The notes below the pieces were generated by a model. It was not told the DNA's origin, searched no databases, and worked only from the letters and a program-made list of their open reading frames with translations. The position numbers and the translations under genes were made by a program. A DNA stretch of 64,000 nucleotides from Pelagomonas calceolata (taxonomy: Eukaryota): positions 3,534,001-3,598,000 of the forward strand of contig CAKKNE010000006.1 in assembly GCA_918797485.1 (NCBI GenBank), in the 5' to 3' direction. Position 1 is the stretch's first letter. Each line of letters starts with the position of its first letter. Shown here piece by piece: positions 40,940 through 51,408 of the stretch.

Positions 40940-41130
40940 AGTGGGAATTGGGGCGCGGCGGCTGCGCTAATGCTGCGCGGCGGCACTGTTGCGCTAATTA
41001 TGGCGCGGCGGTGTCGAACGGGTGCGGATTTTGACCCGCGTCAGGACGCGCTGGTGTAATCGTTGTGTTGCGCGACCGAGGAGCTTCTGCCGGGCGCGTA
41101 GGCTGCTGTGCGCGACAAAACCCCTTTCTT

Positions 41131-41155
41131 GCTAGTGTGTCTTACGACCGCTAGC
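41131..41155 (+). promoter_or_regulatory. CTAG-TGTCTTA-CTAG promoter element with an extra TG
   Basis: GCTAGTGTGTCTTACGACCGCTAGC; centre of a divergent gap. Confidence 0.65.
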
Positions 41156-41320
41156 TAACTTTTGCTCTCCGGCAGAAGAGGTGTCTGTGCTCCTTGTCTA
41201 CGCATCTTCACGAGCCTAGACACTGCGGACACGCCCCTCGCAATCACGCGCAGCGACTGTGCGATTTTTGCATCCAGCGGCGAGATTTCTGCAAAGATCC
41301 ACAAGGCCACCCCCTGAGAA

Positions 41321-42284
41321 ATGACGGCGACCGACGACGAGGAGCCCGCTCCGACGAGCGGCGAGGACGCCATGTTCAGGGCCATGTTCGGCGACCTCAT
41401 GGCCGAGGCGCGCGCGGGCCGACTCACGCAGCGGGAGTTCCAGGCGGCGTGCATGGCGCGCATGAACGCGATGCCGTGCAATGCCAATGACCCGCGCAAC
41501 CCGGGGGGCGTGGACAACTCCGCCGCCGCCCGGGACGCGATGCGCGTCGAGACGGACGAGGTCGTGGCCGTGCTCCACAAGTCGCGCCCCGACGCGCCGA
41601 TCCCGGAGATTTCTGAAGAGTCGTTCGCGGCGCTCAACGCGATCATCTCGCTGCCCCCGTCGAACGCGCCGCAGCGCGCGCGATGGCCGCGGGGCATCGT
41701 CCTCGATTCCGATCCCGTCGCGACGTGCAAAATTATTAGAGACGCCGAGGGCACGCCGGCCGTGTGCCTGGCGTTCGACAGCGAGGACTGCGCGCGCGTC
41801 TGGTGCTGGAAGCTCAACTACGACGTCTTCTACGGCGAGGGCGCGGGCATGCCGCACATCCAGAACATGGTGTCGACCAGTGCAATTGCCACACCTTTCA
41901 CGCGTCGATGGCGTGGGGCTGACGCGATCGATCGTTCACGCACAGGACTACCAGGGTTTCCGCCTCACGGAGAACATGAACCACTTCATGAACTACTTCA
42001 TGCAGGGCTACCTCGTCGCCGACCCGGAGACGGGCAAGCTCAAGCTCCGCGACGGCGCCGACCGCGAGGGCCACTTCGAGGACAACCAGGGCGCGGGCCC
42101 GCGCCTGCGCGAGATGCTGAGCGAGTGGATTAATCGCACGATCCGCCGCCTCACGGGCGAGGTCGTCTACCAGACGAACCCGGAGACGGGCCCGCCCGGA
42201 ACGCACGGCCCGGCGTGCGGCTGCCCCGCGTGCCTCGAGGCGATCGCCGCGGCCAAAGGGATCGCGTGGAGCGCCGCGGAGTAG
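41321..42284 (+). CDS. Hypothetical protein; exons 41321-41869 and 41946-42284
   Basis: A 76-nt GT-AG intron (41870-41945) joins two GC3-rich frames (IQNM|DYQG). C-terminal H..AC.C..C motif. Confidence 0.65.
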
Positions 42285-42298
42285 ACGCCATCGCCGCT

Positions 42299-42967
42299 CT
42301 AAGTATGCGCATACTTACACCGATCCCCCTTCCGGCACTTCCCCTTCTTCGCCCACGTGAAGCACCGCTTGGGGCCGTTCGCCACAGGAGGCGCTGGTTT
42401 CTCCTTCGCGACGTGCGCGAAGGGGCACGCGTCGCCGCGCGAGCACCTGCCGCGCTTGCGGAACTCGAGGCACTTCTTCACCGACGCTTGCGACGCCACG
42501 AGCGGTCCCCCGCGTCCAACGGGATGCGAGAACTTGCACGAGTCGCCGTGCGGGCACCTTCTCTCTAACCAGAGGCGGCACACGTCGTCGGACCCGCGGT
42601 TCACGTCCGACACCTTGCACGCGTAGCGCGACCGGTCCGGTAGCCTCCCTTTGATGTACTTCGCCTCGAGGGCGGCGGCCTTGCCGCTCTCGTCGTCGAA
42701 GACCACGAAGCCGAAGCCGCGCGACGCGTTCGTGGCCGCATCAAGCATCACCGATGCGCGCGCCACGGTACCAAGCGTTCCGCACTTCTCGGCCAGGACC
42801 TCGTCGGTCCACGTCTTCGGTAACCGCGAGACGTAGACGCGCTTCGGGTCGAGGCCATCGTCCTCCTTGGGCTGCTTGTCTGTCTTGGGGCGGCGCGGCG
42901 GCGGCGCGCCCGAGCCGTCAGCCTCCAAGCGCTTGCGCTTCGCTTGTGCGGCTTTGCTGCGCACCAT
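42299..42967 (-). CDS. RRM and three-CCCH-zinc-finger RNA-binding protein
   Basis: RNP2 VYVSRL, RNP1 RGFGFVVF, and three C-x7/8-C-x5-C-x3-H fingers. Confidence 0.88.
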   Translation of the reverse strand: MVRSKAAQAKRKRLEADGSGAPPPRRPKTDKQPKEDDGLDPKRVYVSRLPKTWTDEVLAEKCGTLGTVARASVMLDAATNASRGFGFVVFDDESGKAAALEAKYIKGRLPDRSRYACKVSDVNRGSDDVCRLWLERRCPHGDSCKFSHPVGRGGPLVASQASVKKCLEFRKRGRCSRGDACPFAHVAKEKPAPPVANGPKRCFTWAKKGKCRKGDRCKYAHT

Positions 42968-43193
42968 TTGTCACCACACAGCTGTACGAGCTTGTAGAGC
43001 GGCCGCGGCGGTAGTTTCTTGCTGTCGTTCGTCCGGTCAGCGACCAATGCAGTCACGCACAACGTCCTTTCTAATCAATGCGTGTGCTGCGCGCTTAAAT
43101 TAGCTGAGCATCGCCTAGCCAGCTGCAGCAGCTGCTCTCCGGTGCTTTTGACGCCCGTCGACCTAAAGCCCGGCCAAAATTGGCGTCGCATCG

Positions 43194-43964
43194 ATGCATC
43201 GTCACCGTGCAGCAACAATATGGCTGCTTATCGCCGCCGCGCGCGCCCTGCAACCGGACGCCAACATGGCAGGCACATACAACCTCCTCGCACAGCGCTG
43301 CATTGCGCTGCGCGACAGTAAAAAACGTCAGGTGTGGATTGGCATCACCGGCGGACCCGGTGCTGGGAAGAGCACGGTCGCCGAGGCCGTCGCCGCGAAG
43401 TGCAGGGACCTCGGCGTCCGCGCTACGGCCTTACCCATGGACGGTTTTCACTTCTCGAAGGCAAAACTGCGCGACCTCGACCCCCCAGACGCCTCCACGC
43501 TGCTCCCGCTCCGGGGCGCGCCGCAGACCTTCGACGCCGAGGCCTTTTGCGCGGCCGTGGCGGACGCGCGGAGGACCGGAAGGTGCGACGCGTGGCCGAC
43601 GTATAGTCGCGAGCTGAGCGACCCCGTGGAGGGCGGGGTCGTGCTCTCTGGTGAAGATGCAATAGTGCTGTGCGAAGGCAACTACCTCCTCCTCGGAAAG
43701 CTCGACGGCGCCGAGGCCGAGCGCTGGCGGCCGCTCGACTTCGACGAGTCCTGGTTCGTGCGGCCACAGGGCGGAGTGGAGGAGCAGCGAAACAGAGTAG
43801 TAGAAAGGCACCTCGAGACGTGGACCGACGAAAAGACTGCAGCGTGGGGCGCCGCGACCGCGCGCGAGGGCGCCGAGCGCCGAGCCGATTCCAACGACGT
43901 GCCGAACGCGTATTTAGTGGATCGGTGTCGCGGCTTCGCAGATCTGGAGGTGGAGAGCTTGTGA
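43194..43964 (+). CDS. P-loop kinase of the pantothenate/uridine kinase-like (YggC) group
   Basis: GGPGAGKST, PMDGFH, RGAPQTFD, EGNYLLL. Confidence 0.85.
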   Translation: MHRHRAATIWLLIAAARALQPDANMAGTYNLLAQRCIALRDSKKRQVWIGITGGPGAGKSTVAEAVAAKCRDLGVRATALPMDGFHFSKAKLRDLDPPDASTLLPLRGAPQTFDAEAFCAAVADARRTGRCDAWPTYSRELSDPVEGGVVLSGEDAIVLCEGNYLLLGKLDGAEAERWRPLDFDESWFVRPQGGVEEQRNRVVERHLETWTDEKTAAWGAATAREGAERRADSNDVPNAYLVDRCRGFADLEVESL

Positions 43965-43975
43965 TGTTAACATAT

Positions 43976-46183
43976 TTACTTATCCATGGCCTCCGCGGCC
44001 TCCTTGCGTGCTTCTCCTTTCTCGAGCGCCTCCGTGCGGCTCAGCGGCTCCGTCTCCACAGGTTGAGACTCGACTTTCAGAGCCAGCTCCAATAATTTAT
44101 TGAGCCGCGGCAGCATCGTCCGCGGGTCGTCCATCAATCCCGCCGCCACAATTGCATTATCTAGGAGCTGGTGCGCCGCCGCCGTGGCCCGCGCCTCGTC
44201 TTTTGTCGAGGCTTGGGCCAACGCAACCACCACGGGATGCGACACGTTCAGGCGCAGTTTCTGGGGCGGCAAGGGCGGCAACGCCCCGCCGTCCGCCTGC
44301 TGCGCGACCATGGCCATCATGCGCCGCATCGCCCCGCTTTCCGCGTCGACGACGACCGCCGGTGAGCTCACAAGTTTGTCCGTGGCCTCGACGCTCTCCA
44401 ATCTCTCGGGTAACGTCGCGAGCAACCACGCCTTCAGTTTATCGCTATCGGCGGTAGACAGAGCATCGGCAGAAGGAGCCTTGTCCTCCTTTTCTTCCTC
44501 CTTCTCGTCAGTACTCCCAAAGTCCGCCGCCTCGGCCGTCACGATCTGTCTTCCATTATGTTCCCGCAGATTACTCATGACAAAATCATCAATCGCGTTA
44601 TACACAAACAAACACTCCCTCTTATTTTTCTTGAACTGCTCGTAATAAGGTGATGCTAATGCTAATTCGCGAGTAGGCGCGTGCAAGTAGTAGATCTTCT
44701 CGTCGTCCGACGCATCTCTTCCAACATATTCGTCTAGCGACGTGAGCCCGCCCTCCTTCGACGAGTCGAAATACAGCAGCTTGGCCACTTCCGTGCGACG
44801 CGAGGCGTCGTGGCAGGCCCCTTCCTTCAAAAACATGTTGAACTCCTGGTACCATTTGAGGTACTTATCCCTATCCTTTTTGGCCTGGTCTTGTAAGTAT
44901 CGTAACAGCTTCCTCACGACGACGTCCTGGATCTTCGCGAGCAACCGCTTGTCCTGGGACTTTTCCCGCGAAATAGATAAAGGTAGGTCCTCGCTATCGA
45001 CGACGCCCTTGACGAAGCGGCACCTGCGTGCGGACTCGCGGTGACGGTGGAGCGGCGACCGGCGATGGCGTCGCGTCGATAGCGTCGCGGCCATGGCGCT
45101 TCGATGGCGTGGCGGCGAGACGCGATCGCTGCGATGGCGTCACGTTGCAGGGACACTGCCGCGGCACCATTCCGGCGCGATGTCCGCGCACGGGTTCTCG
45201 ATCAAGACTTTCTTAGAGTACAACCCGACCGACGGCTCCAGCCTCCCCAAACCGCCCTTCTCCGTGTGGAATGAGGGCATGAACAACACGCACTTGATGT
45301 CCAAGGGCGCGTCCGCGCGGAAATGTAAGGTATACGTCGGCGCATCCCAGGCGCCCTTGAAGGTCGCCCTATAAAACGATTCGTAGGTCTTCTCGTCGAC
45401 TTCCCGCGGGTCCTGGGCCCAGACCGCGCCCGTCGTGTTCGCGAGTTCCCCGTCGATTTCGATCGGGAAGCTTACAAATGAAGAATATTTTTGCACGACC
45501 TCGCGCAGTCGTGCCGGTTGCAGGTATTCTTCCGCGTCCTCCTTCAGGTCGAGAACGACGCGCGTGCCCCGCGTCGTCTTCGAGCCGCCCTCGCCCAGTG
45601 AATAGGATTCGGCGCCGTCGGCAGACGACCACACAGCATTGACCGCGTCCGAATAGGACTTCGACTCGACGGTAACTTTGGATGCCACCATGAAGGCGGA
45701 GTAGAAGCCAACCCCAAACTTGCCGATGATCGCCGACGCGTCCTGTTCCTTCTGAGCAGCTTCGGCGGCGAACCTTCGGGAACCGCTGAGTGCGATGGTC
45801 CCCAAATTCTCGGCTAGCTCTGATTCTCTCATCCCAACGCCCGAGTCCTCTATCACGAGTTGTTTCTTTTCTTTGTCGACAGAAATACAGATCTTCAATT
45901 CGTCGTCACCTTCACTTACACTCTCGTTGGCCACGCGCTTTTGCCGCAGCTTCTCGAGCGCGTCGCTCGCGTTCGATAGCAGTTCCCGCAGGAAGACTTC
46001 TCTTTCCGTGTATAACGCGTTCGAGACGATATTCAACAAAGAAGCGGTCTCGGCCTCGAAGCGGCGTTCCTTCGGTTGCGTGGTGCTGCCGTCGGCGGCG
46101 GAGAGGCAGCGCAGAGCTGGCGTCGTGCGGCGCACCGTTGCGCGCGCGGCCAGGAGCGCTGGCCGCCGGAGGGCGCGGAGCAT
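43976..46183 (-). CDS. TRAP1: Mitochondrial HSP90 (TRAP1/HSP75); intron 45024-45167
   Basis: Transit peptide, FLRELLSNASDALEK, IGKFGVGFYS. The spliced junction reads PEW|CRFVKGVVDSEDLPL. Confidence 0.93.
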
Positions 46184-46262
46184 CGGTGACTGCGTTTTTG
46201 TAATCTATGCGTGATGTAGACGAGCGCTGTGAGCGGCCGGCGATTCGCTCTTAGGGCTTTGC

Positions 46263-46284
46263 GCTAGTGTCTTACGCCGCTAGC
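46263..46284 (+). promoter_or_regulatory. CTAG-TGTCTTA-CTAG promoter element
   Basis: GCTAGTGTCTTACGCCGCTAGC, 80 bp upstream of the TRAP1 ATG. Confidence 0.7.
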
Positions 46285-46379
46285 TGCACGGGCGTTCCGT
46301 TATCAAGCACACGAGTTTACTTAGAAGCTCCACAAAAAAAAGAGCATGGACTCGGACGCTTCCCCGACCACGCCTTGCG

Positions 46380-47219
46380 TCAGAGCTCGCCCCGCGCTTT
46401 CATCCTGGACAGCTCCTCGTCCTGAAGGCGCTTGAAGCGGCGCGCCTCTTTTGAGTGTACGTTCTGCATGATCTTCCAGGCGGTCTCCCGCGCCTCGCCG
46501 GTGTATAGCTCGCGCTCTGAAAAAACGTCGTCCTCCGAAAGCTCGTCACGCGCGAACGCGGCCCGGCACTCGTCTCCTACCGTCGCGTTGCGCAATGGAC
46601 CAATTATGACGGGCTCGGTGCCTCGAAGCTCCGCCGCCGCCAGGGTGGCTTCTGCGCACGCATCGACTGACAGGTCTACGCACTCTATCGCGGTCGCCTC
46701 GTCCGCGCTGAGGTCGTAGTAGTACGCCTCGTTCCGCGCCAGGCAGCCGAGCCTAAGCGAACAGTGGAGCCGGAGAATTTCTATTTCCTCTTCTGTAGAG
46801 TAGTCTTTATATATATCGGTCGGGACCATGTTCTCACAGACGTCGTCGCAGGAGTAGCCGTGCCTAGACATATCCTCGGCGGCCTCGGAGGTCACGACGC
46901 ACTCCAGGTAGCTGATGACCTGATGAGCCATGGCGGCCGGCAGCTCGCCAAGCTCCTTCATCATCGGTATTTCTTCAACGGTTGTGGAGACATAGTCTCG
47001 GATATGCTGGATCATCCACTTTTCCGTGTAGCATCCGTCACTATCCACGTCTTGTGAGTTGTGCACCGCGACGATCTTCGCCGCCGCCGCGCGTTCGAGC
47101 CTTCGCGGTAGGTGCTTGCGCGCGCACGCGCGCCCGACGTCAATCACGCAGTCGGTGACTCGCCCGCAGACCTCGGCGCCCGTCGTCAATCGTGCCAAAA
47201 GTGCCAGGGCCACGATCAT
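46380..47219 (-). CDS. Hypothetical Cys-rich secretory-pathway protein
   Basis: Signal peptide MIVALALLA; C-terminal RGEL (ER-retention-like). Confidence 0.6.
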   Translation of the reverse strand: MIVALALLARLTTGAEVCGRVTDCVIDVGRACARKHLPRRLERAAAAKIVAVHNSQDVDSDGCYTEKWMIQHIRDYVSTTVEEIPMMKELGELPAAMAHQVISYLECVVTSEAAEDMSRHGYSCDDVCENMVPTDIYKDYSTEEEIEILRLHCSLRLGCLARNEAYYYDLSADEATAIECVDLSVDACAEATLAAAELRGTEPVIIGPLRNATVGDECRAAFARDELSEDDVFSERELYTGEARETAWKIMQNVHSKEARRFKRLQDEELSRMKARGEL

Positions 47220-47447
47220 TCTAGCTTATTGCGAACCTATCTCAGATGTTTATTGCGCCGCGCACCGCAAAGACTTGTGTGAAACTCCACAAAGTGCTCA
47301 CACTCAGTACAGAAGAAACGATTGCCGACCGTGCTTCGCACAGCGACGGATCTCGCGCGTGTCTGCCAGGCGAATATACGCAACGACGCCAATCAACGCC
47401 AACGACGCCGGGCTAAATGAGGAAACCCGTACGAACACAACAACAAG

Positions 47448-49469
47448 TTACCCCCCCTCCGTGTCCCGGGGAAAACGCCGCCGCGCCGGCGCCACCTTCG
47501 TCGCGAGGTGCTGCCACCGCGTCTGCGGCGCCTCGTCGCCCGAGGGCGGGCGGCCCTTGCCGAGGGCCACCGCCTGCCGCTTGTCCCCCAGGGTCGCCGG
47601 CGTCGCGCCCACGAAAGGAGGCGCCTCCGTGCCCATGGAAAAGGGCCGCGCGACGAGACTCTCGGCGTAGGACAACAGGTTCATCTTGGCAATGCGAGCT
47701 CGGGAAGAGCGCATGTCCGCGCGCCCGTACCGGTTCGCGTGGAAGAGGACCCAGTTGTTGTAGCCCGTGCCGTACATGCCGTCTCGCGTCAAAGAATCAA
47801 CAAAGATGTCCGTCGCCAGTTCCGGCGGGAACAAAGTCCACCTCAATCTGGGATTCCCGTAGAACGACGGCTCGGCCAAGGCCCGGTTCACGATCCTCTG
47901 GTCGCCCGTGCTACCTCGCCTCTTCTGCGTGACCACCCCGCCGGCAATGCGCCACATGTCCGCGACTTGATGAGAACAGCGCATCGCCATGAATCCTAAA
48001 TTGCCTTGCAACGACCGGTCCTCGTCTCTTTGAAAGACGATGTCATAATCCCCCGTCGCTATCGCATCGATGAACGGCCGGATGGGCCGGAAGAACCGGA
48101 TATCCACATCGGAAATGATGACATAACTACCCGGCGGGTTCTCCTCGATGGCTTTTAGTATGAGATCAATTTTCGTGCCAAAGCGCTGCGTCTGGTCCTC
48201 GCCCGTGTTTCTGATGACGACCTCCCGTAGCTCAATATCATCAGCAGAATCCTGGAGCGAATGCACGAACCTGTCGCGCATCTCCCGCGAGCCCTCATCA
48301 TCATGACTCGAGAAGTACATCGGGATCGGTCTTGTTGGTTTTGTCATGCCCTGCTTTCGGGAGAGCCTCTCCGCGCCCTGTTGTACTTCTTTGATATCAA
48401 GCGCCCTCGTATGAAAGGTAATATGACGCAAGCAACCCCGGAAGTGGTCTCCCAACGTTACATTAACGGGAGCGTCCACGAGTACGTGGGGCAGCCCGGC
48501 GAAGGCGCCGCCGGGCAAGCCACCTGAAATTTGGGCCGCGTCCCTCGCGACGGCGTCGCCGGGCCGTTCGCCCGTCACTCGGAACGTGCCAGGAGCGCGT
48601 GCTCCATCAATGTACACATGCAGTTCAGCCGTATCATGCAAAGACGCAACAACAGGGATATCCCCATCAGAATCGATGGCACCGCCCTTCTGGGCCCGCC
48701 GTCTAGCTCGCACCACGACGATGTCGTGCCACGCGCCATCACTCAAGCCAGGCGCCTCCGCGGCAAACGTGTAGTCCCTCACGGGCCGCGCCGACTGCCG
48801 CATCACCCCATGACCGCGGGCGTTCTCCCCAAAGTCCCGGTGGCCCACGCCGAACAGCAAATGGTCGAGGTAGAAGCCGTCGTTCGACGCCTCGAGCGCG
48901 ACGCCGAAGTCGGATCTAGATCCTCTTGAAAAGACCTCCTCGAGGAACTCGCGCCGCTTCTGCTCCTTGCGGCCGCCGCCGCGCGGCGCGACGAGGTCCT
49001 CGCGCGGTCCTAGCGGCACGGCTTCCCGCCGTTCGAGCCACCACGCGGTGCGGTCTCTGAGAAAGCCGCGGACGCCGCCGATGAGTTGGCAGCCGCCCGC
49101 GTGCCACTGGTCCGTCTTCTCATATGTAGGGTGCTTGCGGCAGGCTCGCTTGCCTTGCGTTTTGACTTGGAACGAGATCGTGAACTCGGCCGCTCCCGTC
49201 AATCCCGGCACGCGCGCGTGGTCGAGGCCGTCGAAGCAGCGCTCCACCGGCTGCGCTGTTACCTCGACGGACCGCGCGTCGTCGGCGTCGTCAGCGAGCG
49301 GTGCGGTTACGTCGGCGTCGTGATGCGGTGCTGTTACGGTCGCGTGGTAATTGATCGTGTTCGCGGCGCAGAGCAGGAGCAGCGCTACGGCCGCGGCGGC
49401 GAAGGCAGCCATGCGGTAGTTGCTACCCTCGGCTTGGTGGTGGACCCACGGCCGGCGCCGCCCGCGCAT
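47448..49469 (-). CDS. Type II membrane protein with LamG/ConA-like domain and nucleotide-diphospho-sugar transferase (GT-A) domain
   Basis: Transmembrane anchor; DGAWHDIVV...VYIDG; DxD in SDVDIRFFRP; NLGFM; GDQ; FHAN. Confidence 0.7.
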   Translation of the reverse strand: MRGRRRPWVHHQAEGSNYRMAAFAAAAVALLLLCAANTINYHATVTAPHHDADVTAPLADDADDARSVEVTAQPVERCFDGLDHARVPGLTGAAEFTISFQVKTQGKRACRKHPTYEKTDQWHAGGCQLIGGVRGFLRDRTAWWLERREAVPLGPREDLVAPRGGGRKEQKRREFLEEVFSRGSRSDFGVALEASNDGFYLDHLLFGVGHRDFGENARGHGVMRQSARPVRDYTFAAEAPGLSDGAWHDIVVVRARRRAQKGGAIDSDGDIPVVASLHDTAELHVYIDGARAPGTFRVTGERPGDAVARDAAQISGGLPGGAFAGLPHVLVDAPVNVTLGDHFRGCLRHITFHTRALDIKEVQQGAERLSRKQGMTKPTRPIPMYFSSHDDEGSREMRDRFVHSLQDSADDIELREVVIRNTGEDQTQRFGTKIDLILKAIEENPPGSYVIISDVDIRFFRPIRPFIDAIATGDYDIVFQRDEDRSLQGNLGFMAMRCSHQVADMWRIAGGVVTQKRRGSTGDQRIVNRALAEPSFYGNPRLRWTLFPPELATDIFVDSLTRDGMYGTGYNNWVLFHANRYGRADMRSSRARIAKMNLLSYAESLVARPFSMGTEAPPFVGATPATLGDKRQAVALGKGRPPSGDEAPQTRWQHLATKVAPARRRFPRDTEGG

Positions 49470-49641
49470 GGCTGCTGCGGGTGGACGCTGCCCTTTACAG
49501 TCGTCGCGTCGCACGCGTCTGATAGCTGGACTCCACCGCGCTTTGCACAAGGGGTCGTGTGCGCCTCGGAAATCGGTCGCAGCGCGGCGCAGGCGGCTCT
49601 TTGGGCAGCCCTATGCCTCGATCGATTAATTTTTTTGCTTC

Positions 49642-49663
49642 CTAGTGTCTTACGAGCGCTAGC
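49642..49663 (+). promoter_or_regulatory. CTAG-TGTCTTA-CTAG promoter element
   Basis: CTAGTGTCTTACGAGCGCTAGC; centre of a divergent gap. Confidence 0.7.
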
Positions 49664-49852
49664 TAATCGCGTTTGCCTTGGCTTCAATCGTCGCGCACGC
49701 ACAGTTCAAGCCGTTAGCGGTGTGCAAAACAAGCACAGGAGCAGCATTGGTCGCACTCCTTCGCCGCCCGGTCGCGCGGTGCACCGTTCTAGCCGCTGCT
49801 AGCCGTGCAACACCTGCACAGTGAGCAGTGCAACACGAGCGGCACTGCTCGC

Positions 49853-51291
49853 ATGCGTCTCCTCGCGGCAGCAGTCCTGGTCACGACGATGCCTGCTGCG
49901 GCCCTGAACCCCGGCGTCGCGCTAGGCATCGATCTGGGCACGAGTGGCGTAAGGGCAGCAGTAGTAGAAAAGAAAACAAACGGTGGCGTCGCCGTGCTCG
50001 AGGAGGCGAGCGCGGCGTGGAGCGATGCGGAGGGCCGCCGGCCCGAGGTCTGGCTCAGCAAGCTCCGGGAAACACTCAAAGGCTGCGATCAGCTGGCGAA
50101 GGTCGAGCGCGTCGCCGTCTCGGGCACGTCCGGCAGCTGCCTGCTCGTAGATGCTGATACCGGAAAGGTGACGCGCGGGCCGCTCATGTACAACGACGCC
50201 GTCGAGCCGTCTTCACTAATAGACGCGGCCGCGCCGCCGGGCCACTGCACGCGGTCTGCAACCTCGGCGCTCGCCAAGCTGCTGCACTGGGCGCGGGAAC
50301 GGAAGCTTGAGAACGAAGTCATCTGCCACCAGGCCGACTACGTCGCGTCGGCCCTCGCGAGCACTGAGAAGCCGGTGCTCGTTTCCGACTGGCACAACGC
50401 GCTGAAGCTTGGTTTTGACATCGACGCGCTCGAGTGGCCGAGCTGGATCCTGGAGCGCTGCCTCAACGCGGACGAACGAAACACGCTGACGCGGCTCCGC
50501 GTGACGCGGCCGGGAGATGTCTGCGAGCGCGTCGTCTCCGCCGAGGCTTCGGAGGCGTGGGGCCTCCCGGCTGGCGTGGAGGTCGTCGGCGGCACGACGG
50601 ACTCCATCGCGGCCTTCGTGGCCTGCGCGACGGACATCGACAAGGGCGCGCTGAACGTCGCGGCCGGCGACGCCGTGACGTCCCTCGGGTCCACGACGGC
50701 GCTCAAGCTCGTCAGTAAGACGCGCGTCGACGACTCGAGCGTCGGCGTCTACTCGCACCGCCTCGAGGACAACTGGCTGGTGGGTGGCGCGTCGAACGCG
50801 GGCTGCCGCGTGCTGCGGGACTTTGAGTTCACGAACGACGAATTGGAGGCGCTCTCGATGGGTCTCGACGCCGCAGCTACTAACACGAAGGGAATTTACC
50901 CGCTCGTGTCAACGGGCGAGCGCTTTCCGTACAACGACGCGAGCAAAGAACCCGTCCTGCCCCCGCGCGACGGCGGCGACCGCGCGGCCGTGCTCGCGGA
51001 CCTACTTGTTGGTATTGCCGACGTCGAGCGCCTCGGCTGTGCGTCCGCGGCGTCAATTGCCTTCGCCTTTTGAGAATCGCGTCGACGGCGATGGCGTCAC
51101 GGTTTACACACGCAGACCTCGCGTTGAAGGAGCGCGGCGCGTCGCCTCTAAAAGCTGTGGCGACGGCGGGCGGCGGTGCGCGCAACCCTCAATGGGCCGC
51201 GATGCGCTCGAATTTACTCGGCGTCGACGTGGTCCGCGCCGCGAACTCGGACGCCGCGTTCGGGGCAGCGGTGTTAGCACTGCGGGGTTAA
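49853..51291 (+). CDS. FGGY-family sugar kinase (D-ribulose kinase / XK1-like); intron 51039-51115
   Basis: GIDLGTSG, HQADY, GTTDSIAAF, SLGST, GGASNAG. The spliced junction reads ERLG|YLAL, followed by TAGGGA.N. Confidence 0.88.
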
Positions 51292-51408
51292 CCTGTTGTT
51301 TGTCGACTCGGAGGTTCGGACGGCGGACCAATTCGGTGACCCTACGTATCAATAAATGTGCATTTTAGGGGGAAGATAAAATCGAGGGAGGGGGGCGGCA
51401 CAGATGTT

